Positions 29,890-40,235 of a DNA stretch of 64,000 nt are shown here, one piece after another (positions within the stretch are counted from its first letter, which is position 1; every line of letters starts with the position of its first letter). The stretch spans positions 10,942-74,941 of the forward strand of contig CAYPIY010000014.1 in assembly GCA_964410965.1 (NCBI GenBank). Reading direction: 5' to 3'. The position numbers were made by a program, and so were the translations under genes. The notes beneath the pieces were generated by a model. It did no database searches and had not been told where the DNA came from. It saw only the letters and a program-made list of their open reading frames with translations. Source of the DNA: an uncultured Bacteroidota bacterium. GTDB lineage: Bacteria; CLD3; SB21; JBBIRG01.

Positions 29890-29932
29890 TTAAAATAAAC
29901 AAGGCAGGCAGCGGTTTCACCTGCCGCCTGCC
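29890..29932 (-). terminator. rho-independent terminator after the catalase gene
   Basis: The GC-rich hairpin GGCAGGC...GCCTGCC (29903..29932) is followed on the minus strand by TTGTTTATTTT. Confidence 0.55.
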
Positions 29933-29949
29933 CTGAATAAACACGGTCG

Positions 29950-31407
29950 CTATTTAACATCGCTCATCGGTATATTCAGCGCCTTCGCCACTCCTTCTCC
30001 GTAAGCCTTGTCCGCCTTGAGGCAGTTCTTGATGTGACGGATCATGATTTCCTTCGGTACGCCGTTCATGTTCCGCGCGGTATTTTCAAAAAGAACTTTC
30101 TTCTGATCGGCGCTCATGTTATTGAACAGCTTGCCGGGCTGGGAATAATAATCGTCGTCGTCCTCGCGGTGGTTCCAGTGATCAGCGTCGCCCTCGATTT
30201 TCAGCGGCGGTTCCTTGAATTCCGGCTGTTCTTCCCATTCGCCGTAGCTGTTGGGCTCGTAGCCGAGCGTTCCGCCGAAGTTGTCGTCCACGCGCATGAA
30301 TCCGTCGCGGTGATAGTGATTCACGGGACAGCGCGGCTTGTTCACCGGGATCAGGTGATGATTCACGCCGAGACGGTAGCGCTGGGCGTCGCCGTAGGAG
30401 AACAGCCGGCCCTGAAGCATCTTGTCCGGAGAGAAACCGATGCCGGGAACGACATTCGCCGGATTGAACGCCGCCTGCTCCACGTCAGCAAAATAATTTT
30501 CCGAATTCTTGTTGAGTTCCATCACGCCGACATCCATCAGCGGATAATCCCCGTGCGGCCACACTTTGGTCAGGTCGAACGGATTGAACGTGCATTTCCG
30601 TGCCTGCTCTTCGGTCATGACCTGGATTTTCATGTTCCATTTCGGGAATTCGCGTTTTTCGATGCTGTCGAACAGGTCGCGCTGGTGGCTTTCGCGGCAT
30701 TTTCCGACAATGGTTTCCGCTTCCTGATCGGTGAGATTCTTGATGCCCTGCTGGGTTTTCAGATGGAATTTCACCCAGATACGCTCATTTTTCGCGTTGA
30801 TCAGGCTGAACGTGTGGCTGCCGTATCCGTTCATGTGGCGGTACGAATAGGGTATGCCGCGGTCGCTCATCGTGATGGTCACCTGGTGCAGCGCTTCGGG
30901 CAGGTTGGACCAGAAATCCCAGTTGTTTTTCGCGCTGCGCAGGTTGGTTTTCGGGTCGCGTTTGACGGCGTGATTGAGATCGGGAAATTTCAGCGGATCA
31001 CGCAGGAAGAACACCGGCGTGTTGTTGCCGACGAGGTCCCAGTTGCCTTCCTCGGTGTAGAATTTGATGGCGAATCCACGGATGTCGCGTTCGGCGTCGG
31101 CGGCGCCGCGTTCCCCGGCCACCGTCGAGAAGCGCACGAACAGTTCGGTCTTCTTGCCGATTTCCGAAAAGATCTTCGCTTTGGTGTACTTCGTGATGTC
31201 ATGCGTGACGGTAAACGTTCCGAAGGCGCCGGAACCTTTTGCGTGCATGCGGCGTTCAGGGATCACTTCCCGGTCAAAGTGCGCGAGCTTCTCGAGAAAC
31301 CAGATGTCCTGCATCAGCAGCGGGCCGCGTTTCCCCGCCGTGACGGTGTTCTGGTTGTCCTCGACGGGCGCTCCGTTCACCCGCGTGAGTTTCTTTTTGT
31401 TTTTCAT
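29950..31407 (-). CDS. katA: monofunctional heme catalase
   Basis: [39 protein letters not shown] contains the distal His/Asn region. [14 protein letters not shown] contains the proximal Tyr region. The length is 485 aa. Confidence 0.95.
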   Translation of the reverse strand: MKNKKKLTRVNGAPVEDNQNTVTAGKRGPLLMQDIWFLEKLAHFDREVIPERRMHAKGSGAFGTFTVTHDITKYTKAKIFSEIGKKTELFVRFSTVAGERGAADAERDIRGFAIKFYTEEGNWDLVGNNTPVFFLRDPLKFPDLNHAVKRDPKTNLRSAKNNWDFWSNLPEALHQVTITMSDRGIPYSYRHMNGYGSHTFSLINAKNERIWVKFHLKTQQGIKNLTDQEAETIVGKCRESHQRDLFDSIEKREFPKWNMKIQVMTEEQARKCTFNPFDLTKVWPHGDYPLMDVGVMELNKNSENYFADVEQAAFNPANVVPGIGFSPDKMLQGRLFSYGDAQRYRLGVNHHLIPVNKPRCPVNHYHRDGFMRVDDNFGGTLGYEPNSYGEWEEQPEFKEPPLKIEGDADHWNHREDDDDYYSQPGKLFNNMSADQKKVLFENTARNMNGVPKEIMIRHIKNCLKADKAYGEGVAKALNIPMSDVK

Positions 31408-31419
31408 GTCTGTGCCTTT

Positions 31420-31890
31420 CTATACGGTTACTTGCGTGGTTAAAAACACCTGTAAAGACATTTGATCGATCTGGTTCTGCAGTCCCTCGATGCCGTCCAT
31501 GTGGGCGTCTTCGTCGTTGAGGATCTTCTGGAGCAGGTCGCGGGTCGCGAAATCCCGGACTTCGCCGGCCAGCACGATTGCGTCGTTGTAGGCTTTGATG
31601 GCGCCTTCTTCCGCGGAATGGTCGTTCATGAGCTGTTTGGTTACATTTTCGCCGATCATGATCTTATTAAGAGTTGACACTGTGGGCGTTCCTTCGAGAA
31701 AAAGGATCCGACCGATGAGCTTCTCCGCGTGTTTCATTTCGTCGATCGCGCGTTTCTCGAAATGCTTGTGCAGTTTTTCGTAGCCCCAGTCATCGCACAT
31801 TTCCGAATGAACCATGTACTGGTTGATGGCCGTCAGTTCATCAGCCAGGAGCGCATTAAGCGTTTGAATGAGTTTCTCATTTCCTTTCAT
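31420..31890 (-). CDS. bfr: bacterioferritin
   Basis: MKGNEKLIQTLNALLADELTAINQYMVHSEM...EMKHAEKLIGRILFLEG is present, and the length is 156 aa. Confidence 0.9.
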   Translation of the reverse strand: MKGNEKLIQTLNALLADELTAINQYMVHSEMCDDWGYEKLHKHFEKRAIDEMKHAEKLIGRILFLEGTPTVSTLNKIMIGENVTKQLMNDHSAEEGAIKAYNDAIVLAGEVRDFATRDLLQKILNDEDAHMDGIEGLQNQIDQMSLQVFLTTQVTV

Positions 31891-32294
31891 TTTTTGGTTC
31901 CTTTCGTTTTAGATTTACATTTCATGCATATACCTGAAAACTGGATTGTATGGCCTGTAATAATATGTCCGGATCGTGAGCCGGCTTTTTTTTCCAGCTG
32001 TTGCTGCACCGGCATGTGAAAATCAAGGATTTTCCCGCAGCGCTCGCAGATAAAGTGATAATGCGAGTCCGTGACCGCGTCATAATGCTCGACGCCGTCG
32101 CCGAAATCCCTGCATTTCACCCGCCCTTCTTCGATGAGTATTTTGATGTTCCGGTACACGTTCCCCACCGCGGCGGAGGGCATTTCTTTTCTCAGCCGTT
32201 CGGTGATCTGCAGCGCCGTCGGATGATCGGCGCTTTTGTGAATGACCGTGTATATTTTTTCTCTCTGAATGCTTTTACGGCGCGCGGGTGTCAC
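31887..32294 (-). CDS. Fur family transcriptional regulator, PerR-like by context
   Basis: It has a winged-helix N-domain (HPTALQITERL...VGNVYRNIKILIEEG) and the HYHFICERCGKILDF and CMKC metal sites. It is the first gene of the bfr-catalase operon. Confidence 0.8.
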   Translation of the reverse strand: MTPARRKSIQREKIYTVIHKSADHPTALQITERLRKEMPSAAVGNVYRNIKILIEEGRVKCRDFGDGVEHYDAVTDSHYHFICERCGKILDFHMPVQQQLEKKAGSRSGHIITGHTIQFSGICMKCKSKTKGTKK

Positions 32295-32306
32295 TGGAAA
32301 TCCTTA

Positions 32307-32323
32307 TTAAGAATTATTCTTAA
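32307..32323. promoter_or_regulatory. candidate Fur/PerR box (8-1-8 perfect palindrome)
   Basis: TTAAGAAT-T-ATTCTTAA lies 13-29 nt upstream of the regulator start codon. It resembles the 7-1-7 AT-rich Fur-family box architecture. Confidence 0.5.
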
Positions 32324-32395
32324 TATGACGAATCGCCCGGTTTTTGTCAAGTGTTTTCGGAAAATCATTCCTGATTGGTTGAAATCCGATTCAGC

Positions 32396-32425
32396 TTGAC
32401 TATGACCAGGATTTAGGGCTATATT
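32396..32425 (+). promoter_or_regulatory. candidate sigma-70 type promoter for the LysM gene
   Basis: TTGACT, an 18 nt spacer, then TATATT, about 45 nt upstream of ATG 32469. This is a motif match only. Confidence 0.3.
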
Positions 32426-32468
32426 TTAATGATAACAATTCATTCGTTACCATCATTCCGAAAGGAGC

Positions 32469-32846
32469 ATGATCATGATACCCGACAAATTCAAACCCGT
32501 TCTTGATCTGGCCAATCAATTAGGAGTAAAGATCACCAAAACCGTTCCGGAAGGATCGGGCTTCAAAGTAGAAGCCATCGCCAAAACAGGTTATGACCGG
32601 GACATCATTATCGCGAAAATCAAGGAAGTCGGTGGGGCGGAAGCGACGTTCATAAAAACTGATATTAAAACCGAACTGACCGATTGCTATCACATCCACG
32701 AAGTTGTGTCCGGTGACACGCTGAGCGCTATCGCGAAAAAGTATCTCGGCAACTCGGGCAAATACACGGACATCGCGAAATTCAACAGCATCAGCAATCC
32801 GGATGTCATCAAGGTCGGGCAAAAAATTAAAATCCCTCATCCGTAA
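32469..32846 (+). CDS. LysM peptidoglycan-binding domain protein (BON/LysM YgaU-like)
   Basis: The C-terminal LysM domain is YHIHEVVSGDTLSAIAKKYLGNSGKYTDIAKFNSISNPDVIKVGQKIKIP. Confidence 0.75.
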   Translation: MIMIPDKFKPVLDLANQLGVKITKTVPEGSGFKVEAIAKTGYDRDIIIAKIKEVGGAEATFIKTDIKTELTDCYHIHEVVSGDTLSAIAKKYLGNSGKYTDIAKFNSISNPDVIKVGQKIKIPHP

Positions 32847-32874
32847 CGTAACCCATCCCTGAAGTTTATGATTG

Positions 32875-32902
32875 AGGCTGTTGGAATAACAGCCTTTTTT
32901 TA
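32875..32902 (+). terminator. rho-independent terminator after the LysM gene
   Basis: AGGCTGTT-GGAAT-AACAGCCT is followed by a T7 run. Confidence 0.7.
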
Positions 32903-32984
32903 TATGCACGGGCAGAATTTGGATTCCCAGTCTTCGTCCGGATTCCCTGTTGAATTTCAGTCAACTATTTAGTATCGTGGAATT

Positions 32985-34025
32985 ATGCGAATCGGAACCA
33001 AACAGCTTGACCGTCCGCTGGTCCTCGCGCCAATGGATGACGTAACCGACATCTCTTATCGGACGGTTTTGAAGCGGCACGGTGTGGATCTGCTGGTCAC
33101 TGAATTTGTCGCCAGCGAGGCGCTGATACGCGACGCGGCAAAAGCCATGAAAAAAATGGAATTCTCCGGAGAAGAAAGACCAATCGGCATACAGATCTTC
33201 GGTGCGCTGGAGCAATCAATGTCGGCGGCGGCGAAAATCGCCGAAAGACTTGAACCGGATTTCATCGACATCAATGCCGGATGCTGGGTCAAAGACGTCG
33301 CCATGAAAGGCTCAGGCGCCGGGCTTCTTCAGGATCTTCGGAAATTTGAATCAATCGTGACCAGCGTCGTGAAAGAGGTGAATGTTCCCGTTACCGTCAA
33401 GACAAGGCTTGGATGGAAAGCGGATCAGATCATCATCCTCGATGCCGCGAGAATGATAGAACAATCCGGAGCGGCGGCGCTGTTCGTGCACTGCCGAACA
33501 CGCGACCAGGGACACAGCGGTTTCGCCGACTGGTCATGGCTGGAGAAAATCAAGTCAGTAATCAGCATTCCCCTGATCGGAAACGGCGACGTGAAATCTC
33601 CGGAAGACGCCAAGCGCATGTTCGACACCGGGGCAGACGGAGTCATGATCGGCCGCGCGGCGATCGCCAACCCTTGGATATTCCGCGAAGTCCGGCATTA
33701 CCTGAACACCGGAACTCACCTTCCGCCTCCGTCAGTGGACGAACGCGTGAACGTCTGTATCGAGCACCTCCGGATGTCAGTCCTCAGCAAAGGCGAACGG
33801 CGCGGCGTCATCGAACACCGGAAATATTATTCCGGATATCTCCGCGGTCTCCCGAACGTCTCCAAAGTACGCGCTGATCTGATGCAATGGACCGAGGTAC
33901 AGCCTGTCATCGACCGGCTGTTCCGGTTTGCCGAAGATACAAAAATTTCCGGTGTAGACCTTACAACGCTTCCACCGCTCGGAGGGCTGATCGGAACACG
34001 GTATGAATCACAGTTGAATCCGTAA
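32985..34025 (+). CDS. tRNA-dihydrouridine synthase
   Basis: LAPMDDVTDISYR, IQIFG, DINAGC and VTVKTRLGW (the Dus TIM-barrel signature) are present, with a C-terminal helical domain. Confidence 0.9.
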   Translation: MRIGTKQLDRPLVLAPMDDVTDISYRTVLKRHGVDLLVTEFVASEALIRDAAKAMKKMEFSGEERPIGIQIFGALEQSMSAAAKIAERLEPDFIDINAGCWVKDVAMKGSGAGLLQDLRKFESIVTSVVKEVNVPVTVKTRLGWKADQIIILDAARMIEQSGAAALFVHCRTRDQGHSGFADWSWLEKIKSVISIPLIGNGDVKSPEDAKRMFDTGADGVMIGRAAIANPWIFREVRHYLNTGTHLPPPSVDERVNVCIEHLRMSVLSKGERRGVIEHRKYYSGYLRGLPNVSKVRADLMQWTEVQPVIDRLFRFAEDTKISGVDLTTLPPLGGLIGTRYESQLNP

Positions 34026-34098
34026 ATACTTTTACGGCAAGCGCATCATGCTCCTGTAAAACGATCTTGTGTTAATTTTATTATTGGACTGAAAATTT

Positions 34099-35106
34099 AT
34101 GAACCAAGGAACCGTACGAATCGATCGCCACCGCAGCGAATGCCTGAAAGACAATCCATTAGGCGATCCCTCGGAACGCAAACTGGTAATCTATCTTCCG
34201 CCGGGATATGAAGATGATCCTCATCGCCGTTACCCGGTGATCTACCTGCTGAGCGGATTCATGGGATTCGGCACAATGTACCTGTCGCCCCAGGCCTGGG
34301 GCTTTTCCATGGACGAACGCTGCGACATGCTTATCGGCGAAGGCCGCATGAAGAAAAGCATCGTCGTCATGCCTGACTGTTTCACAAAATACGGCGGCGC
34401 GCAATACCGGAATTCCACTGCTCTCGGAAATTACGAGGATTACCTCATCCGTGAAATAATTCCGTATGTCGATCGTCAATACCGGACACTCCCGGATAAA
34501 CGCCATCGCGGCGTCATGGGAAAATCCAGCGGCGGTTACGCTGCGCTGACGCTGTGCATGACTTACCCGGAATTGTTTGAAGCCTGTTACTGCAGTTCGG
34601 GCGATATGTATTTTGATTACGCGTATTTTCCTGATATCCCGAAGTGCTACGACACGATTCATTCCTGCGGAGGCTTGAATGATTTTCTGAACAAATTTTA
34701 CAGCGCCCCGAAAAAGACCGGCGATATGATCACAGCGATTAATATTATCGCGATGGCCGCGGCCTATTCGCCAAATCCGGATAATAAACCTTTCGGATTC
34801 GATCTGCCGTTCAATGAATCCACAGGCGAACTGCGGAAGGATATCTGGAACATCTGGAAACAACATGATCCGGTCAGCATGATCGAACGGGCAACATGCC
34901 GGGATGCCTTAAAGAACATCCGCGGATTTTTTCTTGACTGCGGTTCGCGCGATGAGTACCATCTCCATGTCGGAGCTCGAATCTTCACACAGAAAATAAA
35001 AACGTATGGTATTCCATATCATTACGAAGAATTTAATGACGGCCATATGGGCACAAGCTATCGATATGACGCCGCCCTCTCGGCCGTGAGTGAGATTATA
35101 CAATAA
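34099..35106 (+). CDS. alpha/beta hydrolase, putative esterase family
   Basis: YPVIYLLSGF and the nucleophile elbow GKSSGGYAAL are present. The length is 335 aa. Confidence 0.7.
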   Translation: MNQGTVRIDRHRSECLKDNPLGDPSERKLVIYLPPGYEDDPHRRYPVIYLLSGFMGFGTMYLSPQAWGFSMDERCDMLIGEGRMKKSIVVMPDCFTKYGGAQYRNSTALGNYEDYLIREIIPYVDRQYRTLPDKRHRGVMGKSSGGYAALTLCMTYPELFEACYCSSGDMYFDYAYFPDIPKCYDTIHSCGGLNDFLNKFYSAPKKTGDMITAINIIAMAAAYSPNPDNKPFGFDLPFNESTGELRKDIWNIWKQHDPVSMIERATCRDALKNIRGFFLDCGSRDEYHLHVGARIFTQKIKTYGIPYHYEEFNDGHMGTSYRYDAALSAVSEIIQ

Positions 35107-35120
35107 CCCTAAGGATCGTT

Positions 35121-37472
35121 ATGAAAAATATTCTGTCCCTGATCGCGGTGATGCAAATTTCCGGATTCCTTCATGCTCAAAAACCTTCGGCCGCATTGCC
35201 GGATACTGTGCTTCTTTTGCCGGTGATAACCGTTAACGCCTTTCCTGACAGTCTGCAGTGGCTGCCGTTCATGTTTGACGAATCCCTTAAAAACGGTTTA
35301 TCGTCGCTTCCCGATTTCTATCCGGTAAAACAAATTCCTGAGTACAAGTCAATCAATCCCGTTGCCGATGAGTTTATCAAACTCGCCAAGTCCGTCCGCG
35401 CGCGGTATGTTATAGGATGTTATCTTACGCTCGAAAAAACCAGCATATTCATCAAATGGTCTCTGGTTGACGCGAAAAAACCGAAAGAAATCGCTATCAC
35501 GCTGCTTAACGAACCGGCCGGCGATTATAAAATCCTTCTGATTTATCCTGAAAAGATACTGACCGACCTCCTGAAACTCTCCGGGAAAATGACCAAGAAG
35601 AACATCGAACGCATCAAGGATCAGCTGACGACCACAATAAATCCTTTCTCGCTGTATAAATATTTTTCAGCGCTGAGCTTTGAAAAAAAATCAGGAATCA
35701 GCGACAGCGTCGAATCCAGACTTCTGCAGTCAGTCCGTTCCGACAGTTCCTTTATTGAGGGATATGCTCAACTCGCCCGTGTTCAGTCCCTGCTAAAAAA
35801 ATATGACCCATCCGTACAATCTTATCAACGGTTGATCCGGCTGGATTCAAACAATTCGCAATGGTATCGTAGCCTGGGCGATATTTATTATTATCACAAA
35901 GACCAGGTATCCCAGGCGAAACGGCTTTATCAAATGGCTGTCCGTTTTAACCCGTTAGACGTAAAATCAGTACTCCATATCGGTTACTGCGATTATGTGT
36001 CCAAAGAATATGAACTGGCGGGTTATCAGGGCAAGCAGGCGATCGCGCTGGACTCAGCCAACAGCGACGCTTACAACCTGCTCGGTATCTGCGCCGTCTC
36101 AATCGGCGACACCGCCCGCGGACAAGACTATTTCCGGAAAGCTGTCATACTCAGCGAGAAAGAGATCATGGCGCGCAAGAACCTCGCGCGGCTTTACCAG
36201 GAACAGAAACGGGACGAGGACGCCCTTCGGCTGCTGAAAGAAGTCGCCGCGCTTGATCCCTCCGACGGCGCAGTGAGACTGACGCTCGCGTCGATCCATT
36301 ACAAACTCAATAACACGTTCAACGCGATCGTTGATTATATCGCCGCCGTTATCCTGAAGCCGGAACTTGAAAACAGCAAGACAAATCCCGTACAGATATT
36401 ATCCCTCATCACTAAAAACCGTAATAATCTTCAGCCTCTGCAGTGGGCCGCGGATTCTCTCCAGACGCTGTCGCTTGACGCTGAGTCCGGAACAACGGAT
36501 GAATTCTGGTTTCGCGCGTCGCTCGGCTACCTTCAGCTTTATTTTCTGAACAAGCCCGGCGAGGCCGCCAATCATTTTCAAAGCATTCTTGCAATACGGT
36601 CCGATATTCCGCGCCTATATTTCCTCACCGGAGAAGCGTATTACGCTATGGAAAAGTGGACACTCGCCTCGCAAGCCTACACCCGGTACGCGAACGACGC
36701 CGCGGATAATTTCAGTTACGCGAAGACTCTGATCATGATCGGTAAAATTCTCCTCAAACAACGCCGTTTCGAGGAAGCCGAACTCGCCGTTCTCAAAAGC
36801 ATGCGTATGTATCCCAACGCTGAATCCTACTATCTCTACGCTGTTGCGCTCAGCGGCGGAAAAAAACACGACGAGGCGGTTACCCAGTACCAGAAAGCGA
36901 TCAGCGTATTCCCGAATTACACCGACGCGTATATCGGTCTCGGTAACACGTTCCATCAATTAAACAAGACCGACCAGGCGATCAGATCTTTTCTCAAAGC
37001 CGCCGAACTCGACAGCGGCAATGCCAGCCTGCGTCAGTCTCTCGCCGCGTTTTATCTCTCTCAGGGACAACTCCGCGAAGCCGAACAGGAAGTCATGACG
37101 GGCTTCCGTCTCGCCCGATCAAATAAGACTGAGCTTCCGACGCTGTACGGCATTTACGGCGACATTCTCTATCAGCAGAAGAAATACAAAGAAGCACTGA
37201 AACAGTTTCAGACGCAGATCCTGCTGGATACGGTGACGCTCGATCCTTACATGAGAATCGCGTCGATTTACGCGATTCAGAAAAAACACGATGACGCCGT
37301 CTTGTGGCTGGAAAAGCTTTTCGTCAGGGGTTTCCGGCTTTTTTCGAAAATTGAGACCGAACCGGCGTTCGCGACGCTCAGAGAAAAGAAATCCTATAAA
37401 GAGCTGATGGCGCTGTACAAGAAAAAATATGACGATGAAGTAATGAAAAAACTACTGCAGCAGGAAAAATAG
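35121..37472 (+). CDS. tetratricopeptide repeat protein with signal peptide
   Basis: It contains many TPR-like units (for example AKRLYQMAVRFNP, AYNLLGICAVSIGDTARGQDYFRKAV, AYIGLGNTFHQLNKTDQAIRSFLKAAELD). Confidence 0.8.
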   Translation: MKNILSLIAVMQISGFLHAQKPSAALPDTVLLLPVITVNAFPDSLQWLPFMFDESLKNGLSSLPDFYPVKQIPEYKSINPVADEFIKLAKSVRARYVIGCYLTLEKTSIFIKWSLVDAKKPKEIAITLLNEPAGDYKILLIYPEKILTDLLKLSGKMTKKNIERIKDQLTTTINPFSLYKYFSALSFEKKSGISDSVESRLLQSVRSDSSFIEGYAQLARVQSLLKKYDPSVQSYQRLIRLDSNNSQWYRSLGDIYYYHKDQVSQAKRLYQMAVRFNPLDVKSVLHIGYCDYVSKEYELAGYQGKQAIALDSANSDAYNLLGICAVSIGDTARGQDYFRKAVILSEKEIMARKNLARLYQEQKRDEDALRLLKEVAALDPSDGAVRLTLASIHYKLNNTFNAIVDYIAAVILKPELENSKTNPVQILSLITKNRNNLQPLQWAADSLQTLSLDAESGTTDEFWFRASLGYLQLYFLNKPGEAANHFQSILAIRSDIPRLYFLTGEAYYAMEKWTLASQAYTRYANDAADNFSYAKTLIMIGKILLKQRRFEEAELAVLKSMRMYPNAESYYLYAVALSGGKKHDEAVTQYQKAISVFPNYTDAYIGLGNTFHQLNKTDQAIRSFLKAAELDSGNASLRQSLAAFYLSQGQLREAEQEVMTGFRLARSNKTELPTLYGIYGDILYQQKKYKEALKQFQTQILLDTVTLDPYMRIASIYAIQKKHDDAVLWLEKLFVRGFRLFSKIETEPAFATLREKKSYKELMALYKKKYDDEVMKKLLQQEK

Positions 37473-37476
37473 GCCT

Positions 37477-38316
37477 ATGAACGAATCTTCACTGCACTCC
37501 GTGATAGACACCGAAAGCATCGTCATCCCCGATGACCCTGCCACGGAAACCGTCCGTCTACATTTCGGCCGGTTATACAACATTATGCGTGAACTGCGCG
37601 TCAAATGCCCGTGGGACAAAGAACAAACCCACGATTCGCTGCGTCCGTACCTGCTGGAGGAAACGTATGAAGTACTGGAGACGCTCGATCAGCGGCGTTA
37701 CGATGAATTGAAAAATGAAATGGGCGACCTGCTGCTTCAGATCCTGTTTCATTCCATTATTGAACAGGAGCAACAGAGGTTTGACCTCGGCGACGTTATC
37801 CGCGCGATCAACGACAAGCTGATCCGCCGTCACCCGCATGTATTCGGAACCGTGGAGGTCAGCGGATCGGATCAGGTGCTGGAGAACTGGGAGCAGATCA
37901 AACTGAACGAGCCCGACCGCAATTCCGTTCTCGACGGCGTCCCGAAACACCTGCCCGCATTAGTCCGGGCGGCGCGCGTGCAGGAAAAAGCTTCGCGAGT
38001 CGGTTTCGACTGGGGCCATATTGACGAGGTATGGAAAAAAGTACACGAGGAAATCGACGAGCTCAAGTCCGCGCAACAGGACAACGACCCGAAAAAAACC
38101 GAGGAGGAACTCGGCGATCTTTTATTTTCCATCGTCAATGTGTCGAGATTCCTTCCCGCCAACCCTGAAGACGCACTGCGCGGAACGATCGAGAAATTTA
38201 TCAGGAGATTTCAATATGTCGAAAAACGGTTCAACGATCAGAACCTGAACATGAAGGACGCCTCGCTCGATGAAATGGATGTGTACTGGAACGAAGCCAA
38301 ACGAATGTCGCTTTAA
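37477..38316 (+). CDS. mazG: nucleoside triphosphate pyrophosphohydrolase MazG
   Basis: LRVKCPWDKEQTHDSLRPYLLEETYEVLE and a second EELGDLLFSIVN repeat are present. Confidence 0.9.
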   Translation: MNESSLHSVIDTESIVIPDDPATETVRLHFGRLYNIMRELRVKCPWDKEQTHDSLRPYLLEETYEVLETLDQRRYDELKNEMGDLLLQILFHSIIEQEQQRFDLGDVIRAINDKLIRRHPHVFGTVEVSGSDQVLENWEQIKLNEPDRNSVLDGVPKHLPALVRAARVQEKASRVGFDWGHIDEVWKKVHEEIDELKSAQQDNDPKKTEEELGDLLFSIVNVSRFLPANPEDALRGTIEKFIRRFQYVEKRFNDQNLNMKDASLDEMDVYWNEAKRMSL

Positions 38317-38331
38317 TACGGTAACCCCTTC

Positions 38332-39516
38332 ATGACTCTCCTGAAACGAATATCCCCTTTCGCGCGGTTTGTAATGCTGGTCAATGCCGTCATCATCCTT
38401 TTATCCCTGACGAAAGTGATCAAGCCCCCGCCGAAAAGCCTCGCTAACGATTACCGATCCATACTTGAGAGGGTGATACCGGATACCGTCGAATGGAATC
38501 ATTTCAAAGACCGGCTGGGTTTTCAATCGTATGACCGTTTTTCAAAAATATGGATTACACTGACCGGCGGCCGTTCCGATTCGACGGTTACGGTTCTTTT
38601 GTCGGATCACGCGGTCAGAATTTTTTCTTTCGACTCTTTATCGGCGCAGTATCCTGAGTGGGATCCCGTGCCGTTGCGGACGGTTTATTTGTCAAACGAC
38701 AAATTACCTGTTCATGATTCCGATTACACGGATTGTCAGCTGGTCTTTCCTGTTATTTATTTTATTCATCCTGAAAAAGGACGGATCGTTTCCCTTGATC
38801 TGGAATCATCCGAAAGATCTTTATTCAAGGGAAGGCCCTTTTATAATTTCAACGTCTCTTCAAAGACCGTTGTGATCCGTGAATCTGACGGGTATTATTT
38901 CTACTCACTGAATTCCTACCGTACCGCGGGACATCCGTTTATACGCGTACCCGCTGATTCATCGAAAATACTGTCCTCAGGGCAAAACGCCGTTACATTT
39001 TCAGACGACGGACAGTATGTAGCACTGGCGCATACGATACCCTCCGGCCATCAGGGATTATATGCTTATGATTCCATGAAGCTGAAATTGATCTACAGTT
39101 TCGATTGCACCGACTGTGAACAGGTTTTGATCAGTCCGCACGCGAATACGATGTTGATCAGGGACAAAGGATCAAACGAGTACCGGATCTACAGGTATGA
39201 TGAACCGACCCGCTCGTTTCAAAACCCGTATCATTTTAATCCGGGCGTTTTTATTGAGTCTTGCGTCTGGCATGAAGAAGGCAACACTTTTTTTATTAAA
39301 ACCGTAACGGGACGTCAGGTGATCTCGCTTTCCGCCGGTCAGATCATGACATACAAAGATAAAGATTACGAATGGATCGGTGCGGAGGACGGATCGTTCT
39401 CTGTCCGCTTTCTTTATCTGATCCGCAGCGTTGAAATGCCGGCCGGGTATAATCCGATTCTGAAGCGTTCCACAAAACGCGATCAGACCCTGATCTACAG
39501 GATGCCCCTGCCATGA
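38332..39516 (+). CDS. hypothetical protein with N-terminal membrane anchor
   Basis: The 394 aa ORF has the TM helix FARFVMLVNAVIILLSL. I recognised no motif. Confidence 0.5.
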   Translation: MTLLKRISPFARFVMLVNAVIILLSLTKVIKPPPKSLANDYRSILERVIPDTVEWNHFKDRLGFQSYDRFSKIWITLTGGRSDSTVTVLLSDHAVRIFSFDSLSAQYPEWDPVPLRTVYLSNDKLPVHDSDYTDCQLVFPVIYFIHPEKGRIVSLDLESSERSLFKGRPFYNFNVSSKTVVIRESDGYYFYSLNSYRTAGHPFIRVPADSSKILSSGQNAVTFSDDGQYVALAHTIPSGHQGLYAYDSMKLKLIYSFDCTDCEQVLISPHANTMLIRDKGSNEYRIYRYDEPTRSFQNPYHFNPGVFIESCVWHEEGNTFFIKTVTGRQVISLSAGQIMTYKDKDYEWIGAEDGSFSVRFLYLIRSVEMPAGYNPILKRSTKRDQTLIYRMPLP

Positions 39517-40232
39517 AATCATTCATTCAAAACCTGTCGGCGAGGATTGAAAACTGGATCTTGTTTATCCTTTGCATGGTGTTCAATTTTTTTTATACCT
39601 CCTGGATTGAATCATCGTTAAATACGGTTCTGCTGGCCACATTGATATTATATTATGCCGGTAAATTCATGGCGGCCTTCTCCCCGGCGATGCTGTATAA
39701 CGTCCGCTGCAACAAGGAACGCTATCAATCCGGGCACGGACTGATCGGTTTTATTTGGATCCTTGAACTGATGGTATCGCCGTTAATCCTTTTCTCAACG
39801 GGACTGATCACCGATCACGGATGGTTTACAGGAATCGTGATCTTTTTTCTCGTGTTTACATTCGGGTTTAACCTATGGATCGATTCTCGTTCGGAATCAG
39901 CCGTTAAACCGGACGTTTCAACAGGCCGTGATTATTATTCCGCTGTTTCCCGTTTATTCCTTTATTCCGCAGAGTTATTTTGCCTCATGCAGATTTACGA
40001 TTTTGCTTTTACGATGTATGAAATCATACCGGACGGCGAGATACTGTTAAGCCTGTTTTCGACATTGGCGATCGGAGGCCTGCTGTTCATTCCCCTCGCC
40101 GCGTTCGGCAAATTCAGGCATTTTCTCACGGAGCATTCCTGGCATGATAACCTAATGACCGATAAATTCGTCATCATATTCTCAAACCTTGTGACGCTGG
40201 TAATTACCGGGCGTCATTTCGGAGGATCATAA
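39513..40232 (+). CDS. hypothetical polytopic membrane protein
   Basis: The 239 aa ORF has 6 or so hydrophobic helices. Its start overlaps the upstream stop by 4 nt. Confidence 0.5.
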   Translation: MKSFIQNLSARIENWILFILCMVFNFFYTSWIESSLNTVLLATLILYYAGKFMAAFSPAMLYNVRCNKERYQSGHGLIGFIWILELMVSPLILFSTGLITDHGWFTGIVIFFLVFTFGFNLWIDSRSESAVKPDVSTGRDYYSAVSRLFLYSAELFCLMQIYDFAFTMYEIIPDGEILLSLFSTLAIGGLLFIPLAAFGKFRHFLTEHSWHDNLMTDKFVIIFSNLVTLVITGRHFGGS

Positions 40233-40235
40233 ATT

